This document shows positions 1 to 14,329 of a stretch of DNA of 64,000 nt, piece after piece. The notes below the pieces were generated by a model, which was not told where the DNA came from, made no database searches, and worked only from the letters and a program-made list of their open reading frames with translations. Each line of letters starts with the position of its first letter. Position 1 is the first letter of the stretch. Source of the DNA: Paraspadella gotoi (taxonomy: Eukaryota > Animalia > Chaetognatha); contig CM119263.1 in assembly GCA_051294375.1 (NCBI GenBank), forward strand, positions 29,910,099 through 29,974,098. Direction: 5' to 3'. A program made the translations under genes and the position numbers.

Positions 1-516
1 AAATTTGAGGATTTTCCCTTCTTAACAAATGAGTATCGAGCAACCAACTTTATGCAAGTTATGAGCATTTCTATTGTGTGACAGACCGACGTACAGACAT
101 ACCGACCGATAGACCGACAGACCGACCGAAAAGTGACTTGTCGTGTTGCTTCACTCGCGGCGCAACTAAAAAAGAGAAAAAAAGGAGAAAAAGGAGAAAA
201 AAGGAGGAAAAAGGAAAAGAGAAATATCCCATGAAGAGAATGATCCCATAGTCAGGCAGCGTAAAAGATGACGACGACGACGACGACGACGACAACGACG
301 ACTGAAAAAGAGCCGGACCGGATTTCTGTCACTTGTTTCGCTATTTATTATTATAATTTTTTTGAGCAAAAGAAAGCGGTCACTAAATATGTTTTACTTA
401 TATTTATATAGCATTACGATTGCCCAAAACTGTTTTAATTAAATTAAACTATAATATTTATTAATTTGTGAAAGTTTTCCCAACTCAAAAGACGGTTTCG
501 ATTTTAGTCGAAGAGG
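1..516. repeat. Repeat block with (ACCG/ACAG)n and (GAC)n, duplicated at ~3794-4475; DINE-1/HINE-like non-autonomous element
   Basis: Near-identical sequence from 'aaatttgaggattttcccttcttaacaaatg' to 'ttttagtcgaagagg' occurs at both sites. Family assignment is inference from the tetranucleotide core. Confidence 0.6.
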
Positions 517-527
517 NNNNNNNNNNT

Positions 528-743
528 GTTTCGCCGCAGTGACTGCATTATCACGTGTATTTTTAGTGACATATCATGACATGATATGACATGAAATGAN
601 NNNNNNNNNNNNNNNNNNNNNNNNAAATACACGGGCTAAGAAGATATTGTCATCATGTAGTCGTGTCATGTCGTTCAATGTCCATACTCATGTTGATCAA
701 AAGGGAAGATGCACGTGAAATTAAAGTCAACTGCGGCGCAAAC
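528..743. mobile_element. Small MITE-like element with ~35-bp imperfect TIRs
   Basis: gtttcgccgcagtgac...atcacgtgtat (528-560) is roughly the reverse complement of atgcacgtgaaa...gtcaactgcggcgcaaac (709-743). Confidence 0.55.
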
Positions 744-1354
744 TCATTGGAAGAACCGATCTTAATTTTTGGGGGTGTGAGATTGGTTTACTCCATGCTA
801 ATGGAGCTATCTTCCAAAGTCTCCCGCTCGAATGTTTAACATGGGCTTCTTGGAAGAATAAGAATTCTTTGTCTTTAAAAATTTAATTATCAACAAAATA
901 ATTCATGCGGAAAACACGTAAAAGGACTAAAGATTCGTGCTCATCTCTCTCCAAAGTTAATATAAAAATCAAATAAAAAATAAAAAGACGCAGGCGAACA
1001 ATTGGCCGAACCGCGACCAGATAGTTCACAAGCGGCAAATGTATGAGAGAAAGAGAGAGCACGGAATATTATAGGCAGAGCGAGCGCGTACTATTTTTCT
1101 CTCAGGGGGGAAAAACTAAATAGAAATTTGATTAGGTTCTGTTTCGCTGATTTATTTGGTGCAAAAAAACTCATAGAGGCAGACGAATGCTTTCAATCGT
1201 TGCATTGGTAGATCCTCGCATGCGAAAATAGAGATGCGTTGTCTTAAGGATATATACCACGAACACACCGATCATAGGAATAATTGATCAAGGCTAAATT
1301 AGATGCAGGTATGAAACGAGAGAGAGAGAGAGAGAGAGAAGAAGAGGAAGAGCA

Positions 1355-1399
<45 letters not shown>

Positions 1400-3793
1400 A
1401 GAGCAGAGAGATTAGAGAGAAGAGAGAGAGGTCAGGTGCAGAAAATTAAGAAGGCAACTCGGGTTGCCAGTTAATTTACCCAAAGTCTGTCACGATTCTT
1501 GATCCCCGATTTCATCATTTTCATTTCGAGGAAGAAAACAACGAGTGACGACGTACGACGACACGCATAACGACGACTACGACGACGACCGACGACTACG
1601 ACGACGACGAACGACGACGCACGAACGACGCCGACGACGCTGAAATTTTTGTTTTCGCGATTTTCCTCTGGGGATTTTTTCCCCTCACCACTTTTCCTCT
1701 TCCCTCCGCCTCATATTGAAGAACAACAGTCGCGAGTTCGTCGTGAAAAAAGAAAGGGAGAGAAAAGATCTTCGGATTCTGAAAGACTTATATTCTCCCC
1801 TCCTCTTCCTCCTCCTCCTACTCTTAACTCCTCCTCCTCCCTCCTCCTCCTCCTTTCTCTTCACGCTCGATTCCTCTTTCGTCCGTAAAACTAAGGATTC
1901 TTTTCTCCGCTTAAAAAAAAGACTTTCTCTCTGTGATCACTCTCTTCTTCTCTTTCTCTCTCTCTCATCTCTCTCTCTCTCTGTCTCTCTCTCTCAGTCT
2001 CTCTCTCTCTCTTCTCTCTGCTACTCTCTCTCCCTCCTTTGACGCGCATTTCTCGCCTCGACGCGTTCATTTTTGGGTGCCGAACGCCGCTTCGTCGTTC
2101 GTTCGCTCGTCGTCGTTCCGTCGTCGTCCGTCGTCCCTCGTCGTCGTCGTCGTCTTTTCTTACAACTCGGGTCTCGGGCCTTCGAACAGTTGTCCGAGTT
2201 GGGATTTCACGGAAACAGCCTCCAATTTCTTTTCAACCATCTGTCACTGAACAGATGAACGTCTCGTTAAAACCTTAATTTATTCACATGAACTCTTTCG
2301 TCACACTTTAAACCTTCACGGAAATTCTTTTTTCCGTTTCGGAACATTAAACTGACCAAATTAAAACCGAATTTCCTTTATTTTCCTTAATTTTTTTTCC
2401 ATTTTCAGTTTTTGCGAACGTAAACGAAAAACCGGATTCTGTTTCTTAATCTGCCATTTTTATCACGAGACCGTTTTTTGGCTAATCACCCCAATTTTAT
2501 CAACCGAATGATCAAATCACCGACAAAGATTTTAAAATTAATCAAGAAAAAGTTTTATCAAATTCTCGTTCGAGCAGAGATCGAGCCAGGCGTCTTCTTA
2601 TCTCCTTACGTTAATTACAACGGCGCCCATCGCTGTCTCCCTCAGCGAGCCGTCGCCGATCTTCTCACTTTCCTCAGGCGACTCGGCGCCACACATCCAC
2701 CAATTCTTCCGGCGCAGAGACTGCATCTTCCCGACGCCGAGATTCTACACCGCGCGCCAAATTATCAGGGAGACCTTTCTTTGCCAAGGCGGCCCCCCTT
2801 GGGTCTCTACTCTCGTCTCCTCTCTCTCGTCTTCTCTCTCCTCTCGATTCTCTCATCTCTCTCTCATCCTCTTCTCTCTCTACCTCGCTCTCTCATTCCT
2901 CTCCATCTTCTCTCGTCCATAGCGCCGGTTCCGGCTCTCGCCTCACCAACCGATGCCTCGTCTAGGCAGCGCCGCCCGTCAAATCCTTGCACGGCGAGAA
3001 AGAACGCGGCCGGAGACGACCGAGATACCAACCGACAAAAGACGACCGACGAAAAACCGACGCCGGATGCGAGTGCAAGCCGACAAATCGTCGGCGCCGA
3101 ATTCCTGATTCGCCTGACGTGAAGCCGGAAGATTCGGAAAGGGGAAAAGAATAAATTGAATCTCGACGGATTTTAAATGAGATAAGAATAAAATATTTAA
3201 TAATAATTATTTAAAAAAAACGAGAATAAAAAATGTGACCGGAAACTTTGGTCCGACACTGCGAAACCTCGGGCGTCTTGAGAAAATCCTGTAAATTTTC
3301 CTCGCGCGGGTTGCGATCTGCCATTTTGGAACTAGGTGAAACAAGTCTTCAGTGATGCTCTGGTGGGTAATTCGCTCGTGGATGTGACTCCTTTCAATAC
3401 TGTGGATATGGGCCTGATCGATGTGACGCCGTTGTATTTAATCTATTATATTTTTTTTGGAAATGATGTTGTTTAATAAGTATCAAGTATTGTGGTAAAT
3501 TAATTATTACTTTGTATTTATGAAAATAATAAGCAACCAAACATAAAATTTCCATTCATTTAATAGTTAAGAGCTATCAATTCACTGGACACATTTGGAC
3601 GGCTGCTTGGTGGTTTAAGGCCTTCAAGATCACCTTGCAAACTTTCAACAAAACTCTCTCTGTTGATTGTTTGTTCATCCCAAAGCATCTTGCTTCACTA
3701 TCAATGAATGGTATGACACGCACTGCATCGGAATTCCGTCTTTTGTTTTTTACAGTTTTAGGATTTCCTGAACGCGGCGCTAGTAGACACTTA

Positions 3794-4207
3794 AATTTGA
3801 GGATTTTCCCTTCTTAACAAATGAGTATCGAGTAACCAATTTTATGCAAGTTATGAGCATTTCTAACATGAGACAGACCGACGGAAAGACATACCGACCG
3901 ACCGACAGACCGACCGAAAAGTGACTTGTCGTATTGCTTCACGAGTATTCGCGGCGCAACTAAATAGGAGAAAAAAAGGAGAAAAAAGGAGAAAAAAGGA
4001 GGAAAAAGGAAAAGAGAAATATNNNNNNNNNNNNNNNNNNNNNNNNNNNNNNNNNNNNNNNNNNNNNNNNNNNNNNNNNNNNNNNNNNNNNNNNNNNNNN
4101 NNNNNNNNNNNNNNNNNNNNNNNNNNNNNNNNNNNNNNNNNNNNNNNNNNNNNNNNNNNNNNNNNNNNNNNNNNNNNNNNNNNNNNNNNNNNNNNNNNNN
4201 NNNNNNN

Positions 4208-4239
<32 letters not shown>

Positions 4240-4475
4240 ACGGCTGAAAAAGAGCCGGACCGGATTTCCGTCACTTGTTTCGCTATATAATAATAATTTT
4301 TTTAAAAATTTGTTTGAGCGAAAGAAAGCGGTCACTAAATATATTTTACTTTATTGCTTTAGCAGTACGATTGCCCAAAACTGTTTAAATTAAATATAAT
4401 TACAATTTAGAAAAATTATTAATTTGTGAAAGTTTTCCCAACTCAAAAGCCGGTTTTAATTTTAGTCGAAGAGGC
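3794..4475. repeat. Second copy of the 1-516 repeat block, interrupted by a gap
   Basis: Direct sequence match to 1-516. Confidence 0.7.
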
Positions 4476-5239
4476 GTTACTTTTCGATGTGAAGAATGAC
4501 ATTTTCGACATCATCGTCTCCGCATCTTGCCGCAGACTCTAGCGCTACTGCCGCCGTCGCCGCCGCCGCCGTCGCCCCTTTCTACCGCCTCTCCGCCTGG
4601 CATAGCGGAGACTAATGTCCGTAAATACATAATGGGCCGCAGCAAGAAAGATGCCTCTTTGGTTTGACGGGGCAGAACCANNNNNNNNNNNNNNNNNNNN
4701 NNNNNNNNNNNNNNNNNNNNNNNNNNNNNNNNNNNNNNNNNNNNNNNNNNNNNNNNNNNNNNNNNNNNNNNNNNNNNNNNNNNNNNNNNNNNNNNNNNNN
4801 NNNNNNNNNNNNNNNNNNNNNNNNNNNNNNNNNNNNNNNNNNNNNNNNNNNNNNNNNNNNNNNNNNNNNNNNNNNNNNNNNNNNNNNNNNNNNNNNNNNN
4901 NNNNNNNNNNNNNNNNNNNNNNNNNNNNNTGAAAAGAGAAATGAATTGAAAAAAATGGATTGAATTGAAAAGGAATAAGTGGAAGAAATTGGTGGAAAAT
5001 ACGTAGAAAGTGTAAAGAGAAATGAAAAAGAGGAAATGGAAAAGAGAAAAAAGGAAATGGAAATATAAAGAAAAGAGGAAATGGAAATCCCCATCCCCGC
5101 TCTCCCTTCTCCTTCCCCATACCCGCTCCCCCTTCTCCCTTTCCCTTCCCCCTCTCCTTCTCCCTACCCTCTTCCCCTTCCACCTTCCCCTTTCCCCCAG
5201 AATCGAAAGAAGGAAAGAATTGGAGCGAAAAAAGGGAGG

Positions 5240-5565
5240 AGCGATGCTGCGATCTGAGAAGAATGTGAAGACAGAAATGCGATCAAATGGAAATATGATG
5301 CGATCTGAGAATAATGTGAAGATAGAGATGCGATCAAAGGGAAATTTTATGCGATATAAGGAGAATGTGAAGATAGAGATGCGATCAAAGAGAAATGTTA
5401 TGCGATATAAGAAGAATGTGTAGACGGAGTTGCAAACAAAGGGAAATATGACGTGATCTAAAAAGAAAATGAAGACAGGGTGGGATCACAGGGAAATGTG
5501 ATGCGATCAAAGGGAAATGTGATACAATCTGTGTAGAAATGTGAAAACAAAGATGCGATCAAAAG
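5240..5565. repeat. ~39-bp minisatellite (gatgcgatc..gagaatgtgaagatagagatgcgatcaaagggaaat)
   Basis: Visible tandem units; they explain the repetitive C-terminus of ORF 5022-5423. Confidence 0.75.
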
Positions 5566-7943
5566 TTTTTATAAACAAAATGGATCAATAGACAGAGTTG
5601 GTCGGCCTTGACCGTCTATAGGTCCATGTATTTACGATCAAGTAATTTGTGACACTGAATAAAACTATCTTGAAATATATTTGATGAAAAAAGATAACAT
5701 GAATCCACGATGCAATCAGTGAAAAACACAACATGAAATGAATTACTCATAGTGCTATCTGTGTAGAAATGCGAAGACAAAGATGCCATCCAAAAAATAT
5801 TTGAATCGATCTGTGAAAACACTTAACAGTTAACAGCCAACAGTTAAAACGAAATGCTATTCACATTAATATTAATATTAACGATTATGAGGTTTGGCGT
5901 AGCAAAGTGGCTTTAGTTAGTGGTGATGGAAAATAACTATGGAAAGTGGCAATGGGAGATGGCAAATGGCAATGGGCGCTGGAAGGCTCCGTTACGAGGG
6001 GAAAGCGTCAACAAAGTCAGTGATTAACGATTCGAAACAGAGAAGAGACAGAGAGAGAGAGAGAGGAGAGAGAGGGGAAGAGAGAGAGAGAGAGAGAGAC
6101 GAAGAGAGAGTGAGAGAGAGAGAGAGAGTAGAGAGAGATCGTGAGGGAACAAAGACAAGAGAACGAGAGAGAGAGAGGAGAGAGAGAGCGAGAGAGATGA
6201 GAAAGAGAGAAGAGACATGAGAGGAACGAGAGAGACAGAGAGCGTTGAGAATAAAAAAAGGAACCAAAGGGAGAAGTGGCCATCAGTCTTCTCAATTTGA
6301 GGCTGCCGAGTCGCTCAAGGTCTTCGCCTCGGACCGAACGCCTCTCTACTTGTTAGAGGTAATGGAAAGGGGAGGTGAGTTGCGGTGGAGAGGGGCGAGG
6401 GAAAGTGAGGATGGCGTGAGGACACATGTTTTTTAGACAAGTTTGGAAGTAAAAACATAGGTTAAAGTGAGGAAAAAGTCAGAAAAGACAGAGGTAAGAG
6501 AAAGAGAGAGAAAAGAGCAAAAAAAGACAGAGGAAAAAAGTAAAAGAGGACAGAAAAATAATTGTAAGGAAAGGATTTAAGGCAAAGAAAAGAAGCTGGA
6601 TTTTGAATGAAATGTAATTCTTGAAATGAATCTTTAGGCTTTTCACTATTATATGTAGTTTAATATTAGATTTCTGACTCTATAATAATTTGAAGATAAG
6701 TGTTTCAGTTAGTTTTAGTCCATTTCCCCTAGCTATTACGTAAAAAAACTTAAAATAGTGGTGCAGGACTTTCAAAACGAGATATGGGTGGAGAAAGAGA
6801 TCAGCAGAAGATGAGGAGAGAGACGAGAGAGAGAGAGAGAGAGAGAGAAGGAGAGAGGAGAGAGACGAGAAGAGGAGCAAGGAAGAGGGACAAGAAATAA
6901 AAGCAGAAAAAAGTAGTTTGAGAATATAACTCACCCCAAACAGCAGACCCACCAGAAGAGAAGAGAGAGAGAGAGAGAGAGAACGAGAGTGACAAGCAGA
7001 GGAGCACCCAGAAGAGAGAGAGAATAGAAATTTTTCACTGGGTAATCATCATCATCATCCTCCATTCTGACTCTCTCATTCGAACGACATCCAACAACGA
7101 TTTCAATTGAACTTCTCTTCGGCTGTCAGCAATCTCCCTCTCATCGTCTCGCAACCTCGGATGCGAATTGCCACATCAGCAAACAAGAAGTCGCGAAATC
7201 TTTGACCAAAAAATACCCTATCCGCACTTTCTCTTTTCTTTTTCTATTTTTTCTCCTATTCTTTTTCTTTCCTCTTTCTTTCTCTATCTTCTTCTCTCGC
7301 TCTCTATTTCGTTTCTTTTCCTTGTTTGCTTTTCTTTTGCAAGCTCAACTCAAAATTTCCAGTTGCCTTTTCTTTAGGATTCTCGAATTTCTTACACACA
7401 AGTAGTACTTATATTAGTTTTTTCATAAAGGAATAGCCTTTGTTAAATATATTCGATAATTTTTTTTTTTACTTTTTATAAATAGAAGTTTTGTAATTTC
7501 CTTTCTAGCTTGAGATTGAATCTACTACGTAATTAAATTTCAACTAGGGCGGATAGGGTTCAAAACTTTAGGAGTCTTGAAGTCTAAAACTCTTAGGTAA
7601 AAAAAGAAACATTTTTTAAAAAAATTCGATTTCTAATTCTTTTATTGTCATTGCTATTACAAAATTACACATATACTGGATTATAATATAAAAATGTTGT
7701 TTTCTATAATACATATCTTAACTTTTTTAAAAAGGATTCTGAAGTACGGAGAGCATAGTAAATGTTTAAAAATAAAAATTTTTAACATACAAATTCAAAC
7801 AATCAAAGTATTGTATGTTTTCTTGGTCAAAATCAAAGAAAAAAAAATTAAAAAAATTGACTGATATGATGATTATAAATAAAAAAAAGAGAGAAAATGT
7901 GCAACGTAGAATTTTGTAATTTAACATAAACGATTTTTATTAG

Positions 7944-7995
7944 AGTTGGACATGTTTCGGCTTTAGCTTATTTCAAACCTTCATACCAGCATTAG
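7944..7995 (-). ncRNA. Degenerate copy of a minimal type I hammerhead ribozyme (Penelope pLTR fragment)
   Basis: Minus strand: ctggtatgaaggtttg...taaagccGAAACATGTC caact; the CUGAUGA box is disrupted. Duplicate of the 12557 copy. Confidence 0.45.
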
Positions 7996-10900
7996 TGAAA
8001 TTCATAATAAATTTTGGATCGCAAAAAGAAGAGGTGTACAAGAGATCTGAGGGCAGATGGAGAGATGAGAAGAGGTTAACAAGTTTTTCCGTTCTCAACA
8101 CAAGTGGTGAGGTTACCAGAATAAGTGGCCCAGATGTCGAATGGACATGAGAAGGGTATGAAGACGATTGACGACAGTTGAAAAGAATGAAACACGTAAG
8201 AGAGAGAGAGGGAAGAAAGAGAAACAAAAACACAGTAGATAAAATATAATTATAAAATACGTTTTTGCAATGTACCAACAATTAGAAAAGTTTGAAAACT
8301 AACATGGAGAATATTTAAAACATTTTAAACCCTAGTAGATAAAATAAGTTAGCTAAGGGAATCAGTTACTAGGTGAAAATAATTAATGAAAGAGAAAATA
8401 GTTTTATGTTTTCAAATATTTTTACAACATCTTTGATCAAATATCGAAAAAACAGAGATTAATCCTTGTGTTAGACATGGCAACTTTTTGCAAAGCTACC
8501 TTTGATATCGATTGAAAATAAAAAAACCAAAAAAAAATTCGCCTTTTCTAATTTTATAAAATAAATAAGTTAATATAAATGAAATAGGAGTAACATATAT
8601 TTGATAAAAAATATTGCCTATTCAATATTTTTTTAAAAATTCTGAACATTTTAAAACAGAGACTGGCTTAATTCAAGCATTTTCTTAACCACCTTACCTA
8701 TCTCTCCGCCACATACTGTATTAGTATCATCTCATAGATAACAAATTAAAACTGATTTACCTAAATTTTAAAAAATATAATAAATGTTCACCAATAACAA
8801 CCAAAGGATTAAGTTCTATTATAACACAGAAATTTTCCAAAAAAGAATTGCCTAAAAAAAAAAGAATAAGGAAAATTAGTTCATATTTTCCTAAAGAGTA
8901 TAGGTTAATGTACGGTCGGGTTAATGGAAGCTTAGCGTTATCGATAGGCAGATTAAGCACGTTAGGGAACTTCGTTAGTGATTAGTTTTTGGGTGAAGAA
9001 TGTGGAAAGGTGAACAGAAAAACAACGGAAATCAAGGAAAGAGGAGAAGGAAAGAAAAAATAACAAAACCGTAGCTGAGCGGCCCATTTATTTTTTACCA
9101 CTTCTAGTCAAACGAAAGGGCCAAAAGATTAAAAACCGAGGTTTTTTTATATCTTTTTTTCAGAAACGAAATCGATTAAGCACTTGCCAAAAAAAAACTC
9201 ATAACCATTACTAGATGTCTATTCCTAAAGAAACATATAAAAAATTGTCCGGGAAAAACCCTAAAGCTTGGTCTGCAAAAACAACAATCGGAGGTAGGCT
9301 AAAAAACCTCGCCATGACTGCGTGCGAAATTAACAGACTACCTTAGTCAATAAAAATTTGAGATCGAACAGGACATTCTATACTTTGTTCTCCGTTCTTA
9401 TCCCTCACATGAAACTTAAAAACCCAAAAACACTTAACTTAACAAGGCAGTAAAAGAAACAAGGACAAAAACCAACCTACATCTTCCTCATAAACAACAA
9501 CTGCATTCTTTACAACAAACAATGCCTTACCGAACATGCTTAAAAAAGCAATAGTGTTTGTGAGACATTCGACTGTAACGTCGTTCGTCGTCGTTTTTCG
9601 TCTCCAACTCATCATGCCCTCGTTTGAACCTAGCCTATTTGGATGAAAAGTTTAAATTAAACAGCTTCTATCGTCGCGTCGTCGTCGTCGTCGTCCGTCA
9701 AGTCACAACTAACCTACTTTCGTTTTTTTTGAGTTGGTTAGAGGAATTTTCTATGCAGTTTATCACAATTTGTCGTTATATCTCAACAGTCGCTCCCCTC
9801 ACTTATCATCGTTTTTCCTTCAATCCCTTGTCAGATTGTCCGTCGTCCGTCGTCTGTATGCGGAGTCGGTCGTCCGTCGAGTCGTCCCCCGCAGTCTCTT
9901 CTTTTCCTTTGTTACGAAAGGAAAACGTCAAAAAGCGCGGTCATATTGCACGATAAAAAAAGTCAACGTGATCAACTCTCAGTCATGGTAAGATAGTCAA
10001 GATTTTTCACAAAAGACTCCCAAGCTCACGCGTGAATTTCGTTTTCATTTGTTGACCCAGAAACTGTTGAAGAGTCCAACGAAATTTACCGATCGACGAG
10101 TCAGTGAAGGAAAGGAATAAAAGTTGGAAGCTCAAAGTCACAGCCAATTGAAAAGTAAAAAAAAGCGCTAAGGAAAGCTTGAAGCCTGAAACTATAGCTG
10201 ACAGGAAAATGTCTATTTGATTAGAAAAAGTATGTCATCAAGTAATAATTAGAACAACCCCTTCATACGAAGATCGATAATGGAATGAATTTGCAAGCGG
10301 TTAAATTATAGGAGAAAGTGATTGTTTAAATTTATAAAACATTAAAAATCATTATTCTTAACATTGAGAGGACATAACGAATTTTTTAATTCACATATTT
10401 AACAATTTTATTTCTCACACAGAAAAAACTTGGTTCTCTCTTTTAAAAAAACCTATCACAAACAACTTTTAACTTTAGGATTCACTCCTCTTCTGTTTTT
10501 TTTCTTGTTTCCTTTTCTCTCTTTCTTAGTTATCGTTCTTGTTCTCTTTTTCTTCTGCTTTTTCTCTTACTTTTTTCCTGCACGTGATTTTGGTGTCTTT
10601 TCCTTTTTTTCTACATGTCTTGCTACGTACTTTTTTCTTCCCACTTATTATTTTCGCTCTTGGCTTTATCTTTCTTGTTGTCCTCTACTTTTCTTTATCT
10701 CTTTTCCTTTGATGTGTGAGTGAGGCGTGTCATTTCGCCATCTACTTCTTTTATCTTTCCCGTTTCCACGCTCTTTAATCTCACAGCAGTCCATGCCATA
10801 TGGACCGCACTTTTTTTTCTTTTTTATTTTCTTTTCTTTCTTTTTTTTTCTGTTTTATGTTTTCTTTTTTTTCTTTTCTCTCGTGTCTTCTTTTTAATGT

Positions 10901-12556
10901 ATCACCACACACCTTGTTCTAATATCAGCAGACTTCNNNNNNNNNNNNNNNNNNNNNNNNNGAGAGAGAGAGAGAGAGAGAGAGGTGAAAAAAAAGGAAC
11001 AAAGGGAGGGAAAGTTCGGCATCAGTCTTCCAATTTGAGGCTGCGAGTCGCTCAAGGTCTTCGCCGCCGACGCCTCTCTACTTGTTAGAGGTAATGGAAA
11101 GGGGGAGCTGAGGTGTTGAGGTTGAGAGGCGGCGAGGCGAAAGTGAGGATCGGGTGAAGACACCAATGTTGTTTGACAAGTTTGGAAAGTAAAACAAGGC
11201 GCTTAAAGTGAGGAAAAAAGTCTGAAAGAAAGAGGAAGAGAAAAGCAAGAGAAAAAAGAGAGAAAAGAGGGACAGAAAAAATACGTAAAAGTAGACAGAA
11301 AAAATAATTGAAGGAAAGGATTTAAGGAAAGAAAAAGAAGCTTGGATTTTGAAATGTTAATTTGAAATGATCTTTAGGTTATTCACTAGTTTAATGTAGT
11401 TTAATTATTAATATTCGACTTCATAATAATAAAATAATGTATTCAGTTAGTTTTGCTCTTATCCCTAGGCTATTACGTAAAAAACTTTAAAATGTTGGTG
11501 CAGGACGTTTCTGTTCGAATGGGTGGAAAAGAGAGAGCAGCTGAGAGAGAGAGAGACTAGAGAGAGAGAAGAGATGGAGAGAGAGAGGAGAGAGAGCCTG
11601 AAGAGAGAGGAGAGAAGAGAGAGAGAGAGAAGAGCGAGAGGAGAGAGACAGAGAGAGAAATAAAACAGCCAGAAAAAAGTAGGTGAGATAAAGTAGAAGA
11701 GAGAGAGAGAAGAGAGAGAGTAGGAGAGAGAGAGAGAGAGAGAGCAGAGAGAATGAGATTTTGTTTTTCACGATGGCTGTAATTCATCATCATCATCCTC
11801 TCATTCTCTCTCCTCATCAAACGAAATCTCCGATTTGCAATGACTCTCTCCTTCAATCTCCCTCTCAATCTCTCCAACTCTCGGATGAATTCCAATCTAG
11901 ACAATTCGCAAATATTGACCAAGAAATTCGCTCGTTTCTCTCTTTTCTTTTTCTTTCTCTTTCTTCTCTTTTCTTTTTCTATTTCTTATTCTTCTTTTTC
12001 TTTTCTTTTTAACTCAAAATTCAATTGCCTTTTCGTTTATGGCATTTTTCGAATTTTAACACAATATGTACCTTTATATTAATTATTTTATTGCATACAA
12101 GAAAGCCTTTTTTTTTCGATATTTTTTTTCTTTAAAAGTTTTGTTAATTTTCTCTCTATGTAGAAATCTACTATTGAAATTAAATTCATTAGCGGGCGGG
12201 CGCTTCAAAAACTTTTAGTCTTGAGTCACTTTTTAGGTAAAAAAAGAATTTATTTAAAAAAGTTTCGATTTTAATGCTTTTATTGTTGCTAATTAAAAAT
12301 TACAATATTTACTTAATATAATTGATAAAAATTGTGTTTTAATCAATCTTAACTTTTTTTGATGGATTCTGCCATAGGAAGCATAAAAATTTAAATAAAA
12401 AAAATTTTAACACAAGATTCAAATAATATTTATGTTTTCTGCGTCAAAATAAGAAAACAGTAATAAAATTATCGAAAATTGATGATTGATGATGATTATA
12501 AATAGTTTTTTCATGAGAGCAAAGAATTTTGAATTTAACAACGATTTTTTATTAGT

Positions 12557-12610
12557 AGTTGCGACATGTTTCGGCTTGCCTTATTTTCAAGCCTTCATCA
12601 GCATACTGAC
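12557..12610 (-). ncRNA. Minimal type I hammerhead ribozyme in a solo Penelope-like pLTR fragment
   Basis: Minus strand: CTGATGA a GGCTTG aaaataagg CAAGCC GAAAC ATGTC. Flanks resemble the PLE arm at 35.7-36.0 kb. Confidence 0.75.
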
Positions 12611-13434
12611 ATTTCAATAATAAATTTGTTGCAAAAGAAAGAGTGTGAGAGGAGAGAGAGAGACAGAGAGAGAGAGAGAGGGTAAAAGTTTTATTCAACA
12701 AATGTGTGAGACAGAATAGTTGGCATCAGATGTCGAGAACAGGTTTAAGGTGAGGACAGATTGAGTGAGTTGTTGAAAAGATAGGAAACTTGTTAAAGAG
12801 AGAGAGAGAGAGAGAGAGTTGAGAGAGAGAAAACAAAAACAACAGAGATAAATAAATAATAAAGATACATTTTTGCAATTGGTACAACACAAAGCATAAA
12901 GGAGTTTGAAAAACTTAACATTTGGAGAAAATTTTAACATTTAACTACGTGAATAAAATAAGTAATTAGCTTAAGGATAGTTAAGTGAAATGATATGAAA
13001 TATGAAAGGAAATAGTTTTTCTAGTTTTTTCATATTTTTTACACCACTATGATCAAAAATATCGAAAAACATGAATTATACTTTGTGTAGACCACTTTTG
13101 CAAGCCTACCTGAATCCTGATCTTAAAAATTAAAAAAATCCAAAAAAAAATTAATTAGCCTTTTCTATATTATAAATAAATATTAAAAAAAATTAAAATA
13201 TGGACAGTAAATATTAATAAAAATTGCCTATTCAAATTTTTTAAAAAATGCGTCTACAATTTCGTTTGAGCAGGTGCTTAATTCAAAATTTCTTAACACC
13301 CTTACTGAGTTAGTCTCCCCCTACTCTCTAGTTCTAATCAGAAACAAAGAAAACTAACTTTTCCTAAATGTTAAGAAGATAAAAATTCACAACTATACTT
13401 TGGTTAAATAAGCTAAGTTCTATTTAAAAAAGTC

Positions 13435-13623
13435 GGCCTTATTTTCCCAGAATGCCCTATTTTATCTTGAATTCGAAATTAGGTTAATTTTCTTAGCGGG
13501 AGATTAGGTTAGAGGTTCGGGTTATGGCTTAGGTTAGTGAGTAAGGTTAGGGACTTCGTTAGTGATTAGGTTTTGGGGATTTGGGTTAGGGAACAGAAAT
13601 GGGGCTCTCTCGGAAAAGAGAGC
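13435..13623. mobile_element. MITE-like element with TTAGGG-like internal repeats
   Basis: Left end ggccttattttcccagaatgccc, right end gaaatggggctctctcggaaaag; interior ttaggg/ttagg variants. Confidence 0.55.
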
Positions 13624-14127
13624 AGAGAAGTCAATTCAGAGAAAAAAGTAACTCCGCGCGCCATTTTTTTTCTCACAAAAATTAAACTCATTTTTTATTC
13701 TTTTTTTCACCTTCGAACGAAATCGATGAACACAAGGACTCAATTACTGATGTCTATTTCCTCAAATGAAAAATTCGCCGGTCAACTGGCAGCCTTGTCT
13801 GCAAAATTGCAACAATGCGAGGTAGCTCGCCAGTTGACCGTGCGAAATTAACACTCAATTTAAAATTGCTTTGAATGACGATATCTACTTTGTATCTCTA
13901 TCACCACTAACAACAACAACAACAAAAAACAAAGACAAAAACAACTACATCTTCCTCTAAAACAACAACATTCTTTACAACAAAAAGCCTTTACCGAAGC
14001 TTTTACTTAAAAGCAATGGTGTTTGGAGACATCGACGTGGTCGTCGTCGTCGTCGTCGTCGTTTTCGTCTCCACTCTCATCCTCTTTGTCGCCTCTACCA
14101 TGGAGACAAAGTTAAAACGAGCTTCTA

Positions 14128-14160
<33 letters not shown>

Positions 14161-14329
14161 ACTACTTCGTTGTTTTGAGTTGGTAGAGGGATTTCTATCA
14201 AGTTTATCATTGTCGTTATCAACATCGTTCCCCTCCTTTTTCATCTGTTTTCCACAATCCCCTTTCAGAATTGTCGTCGTCGTCGTCGTCGTCGTCGTCC
14301 CCCATCTTCTTCCCTTTGTTACGACGTAA

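Noticed and set aside
2478-3122. 214-aa plus-strand ORF as a gene
   Set aside because: No recognisable domain, runs through CT microsatellite and lies in noisy sequence. It may contain exon fragments but cannot be called.
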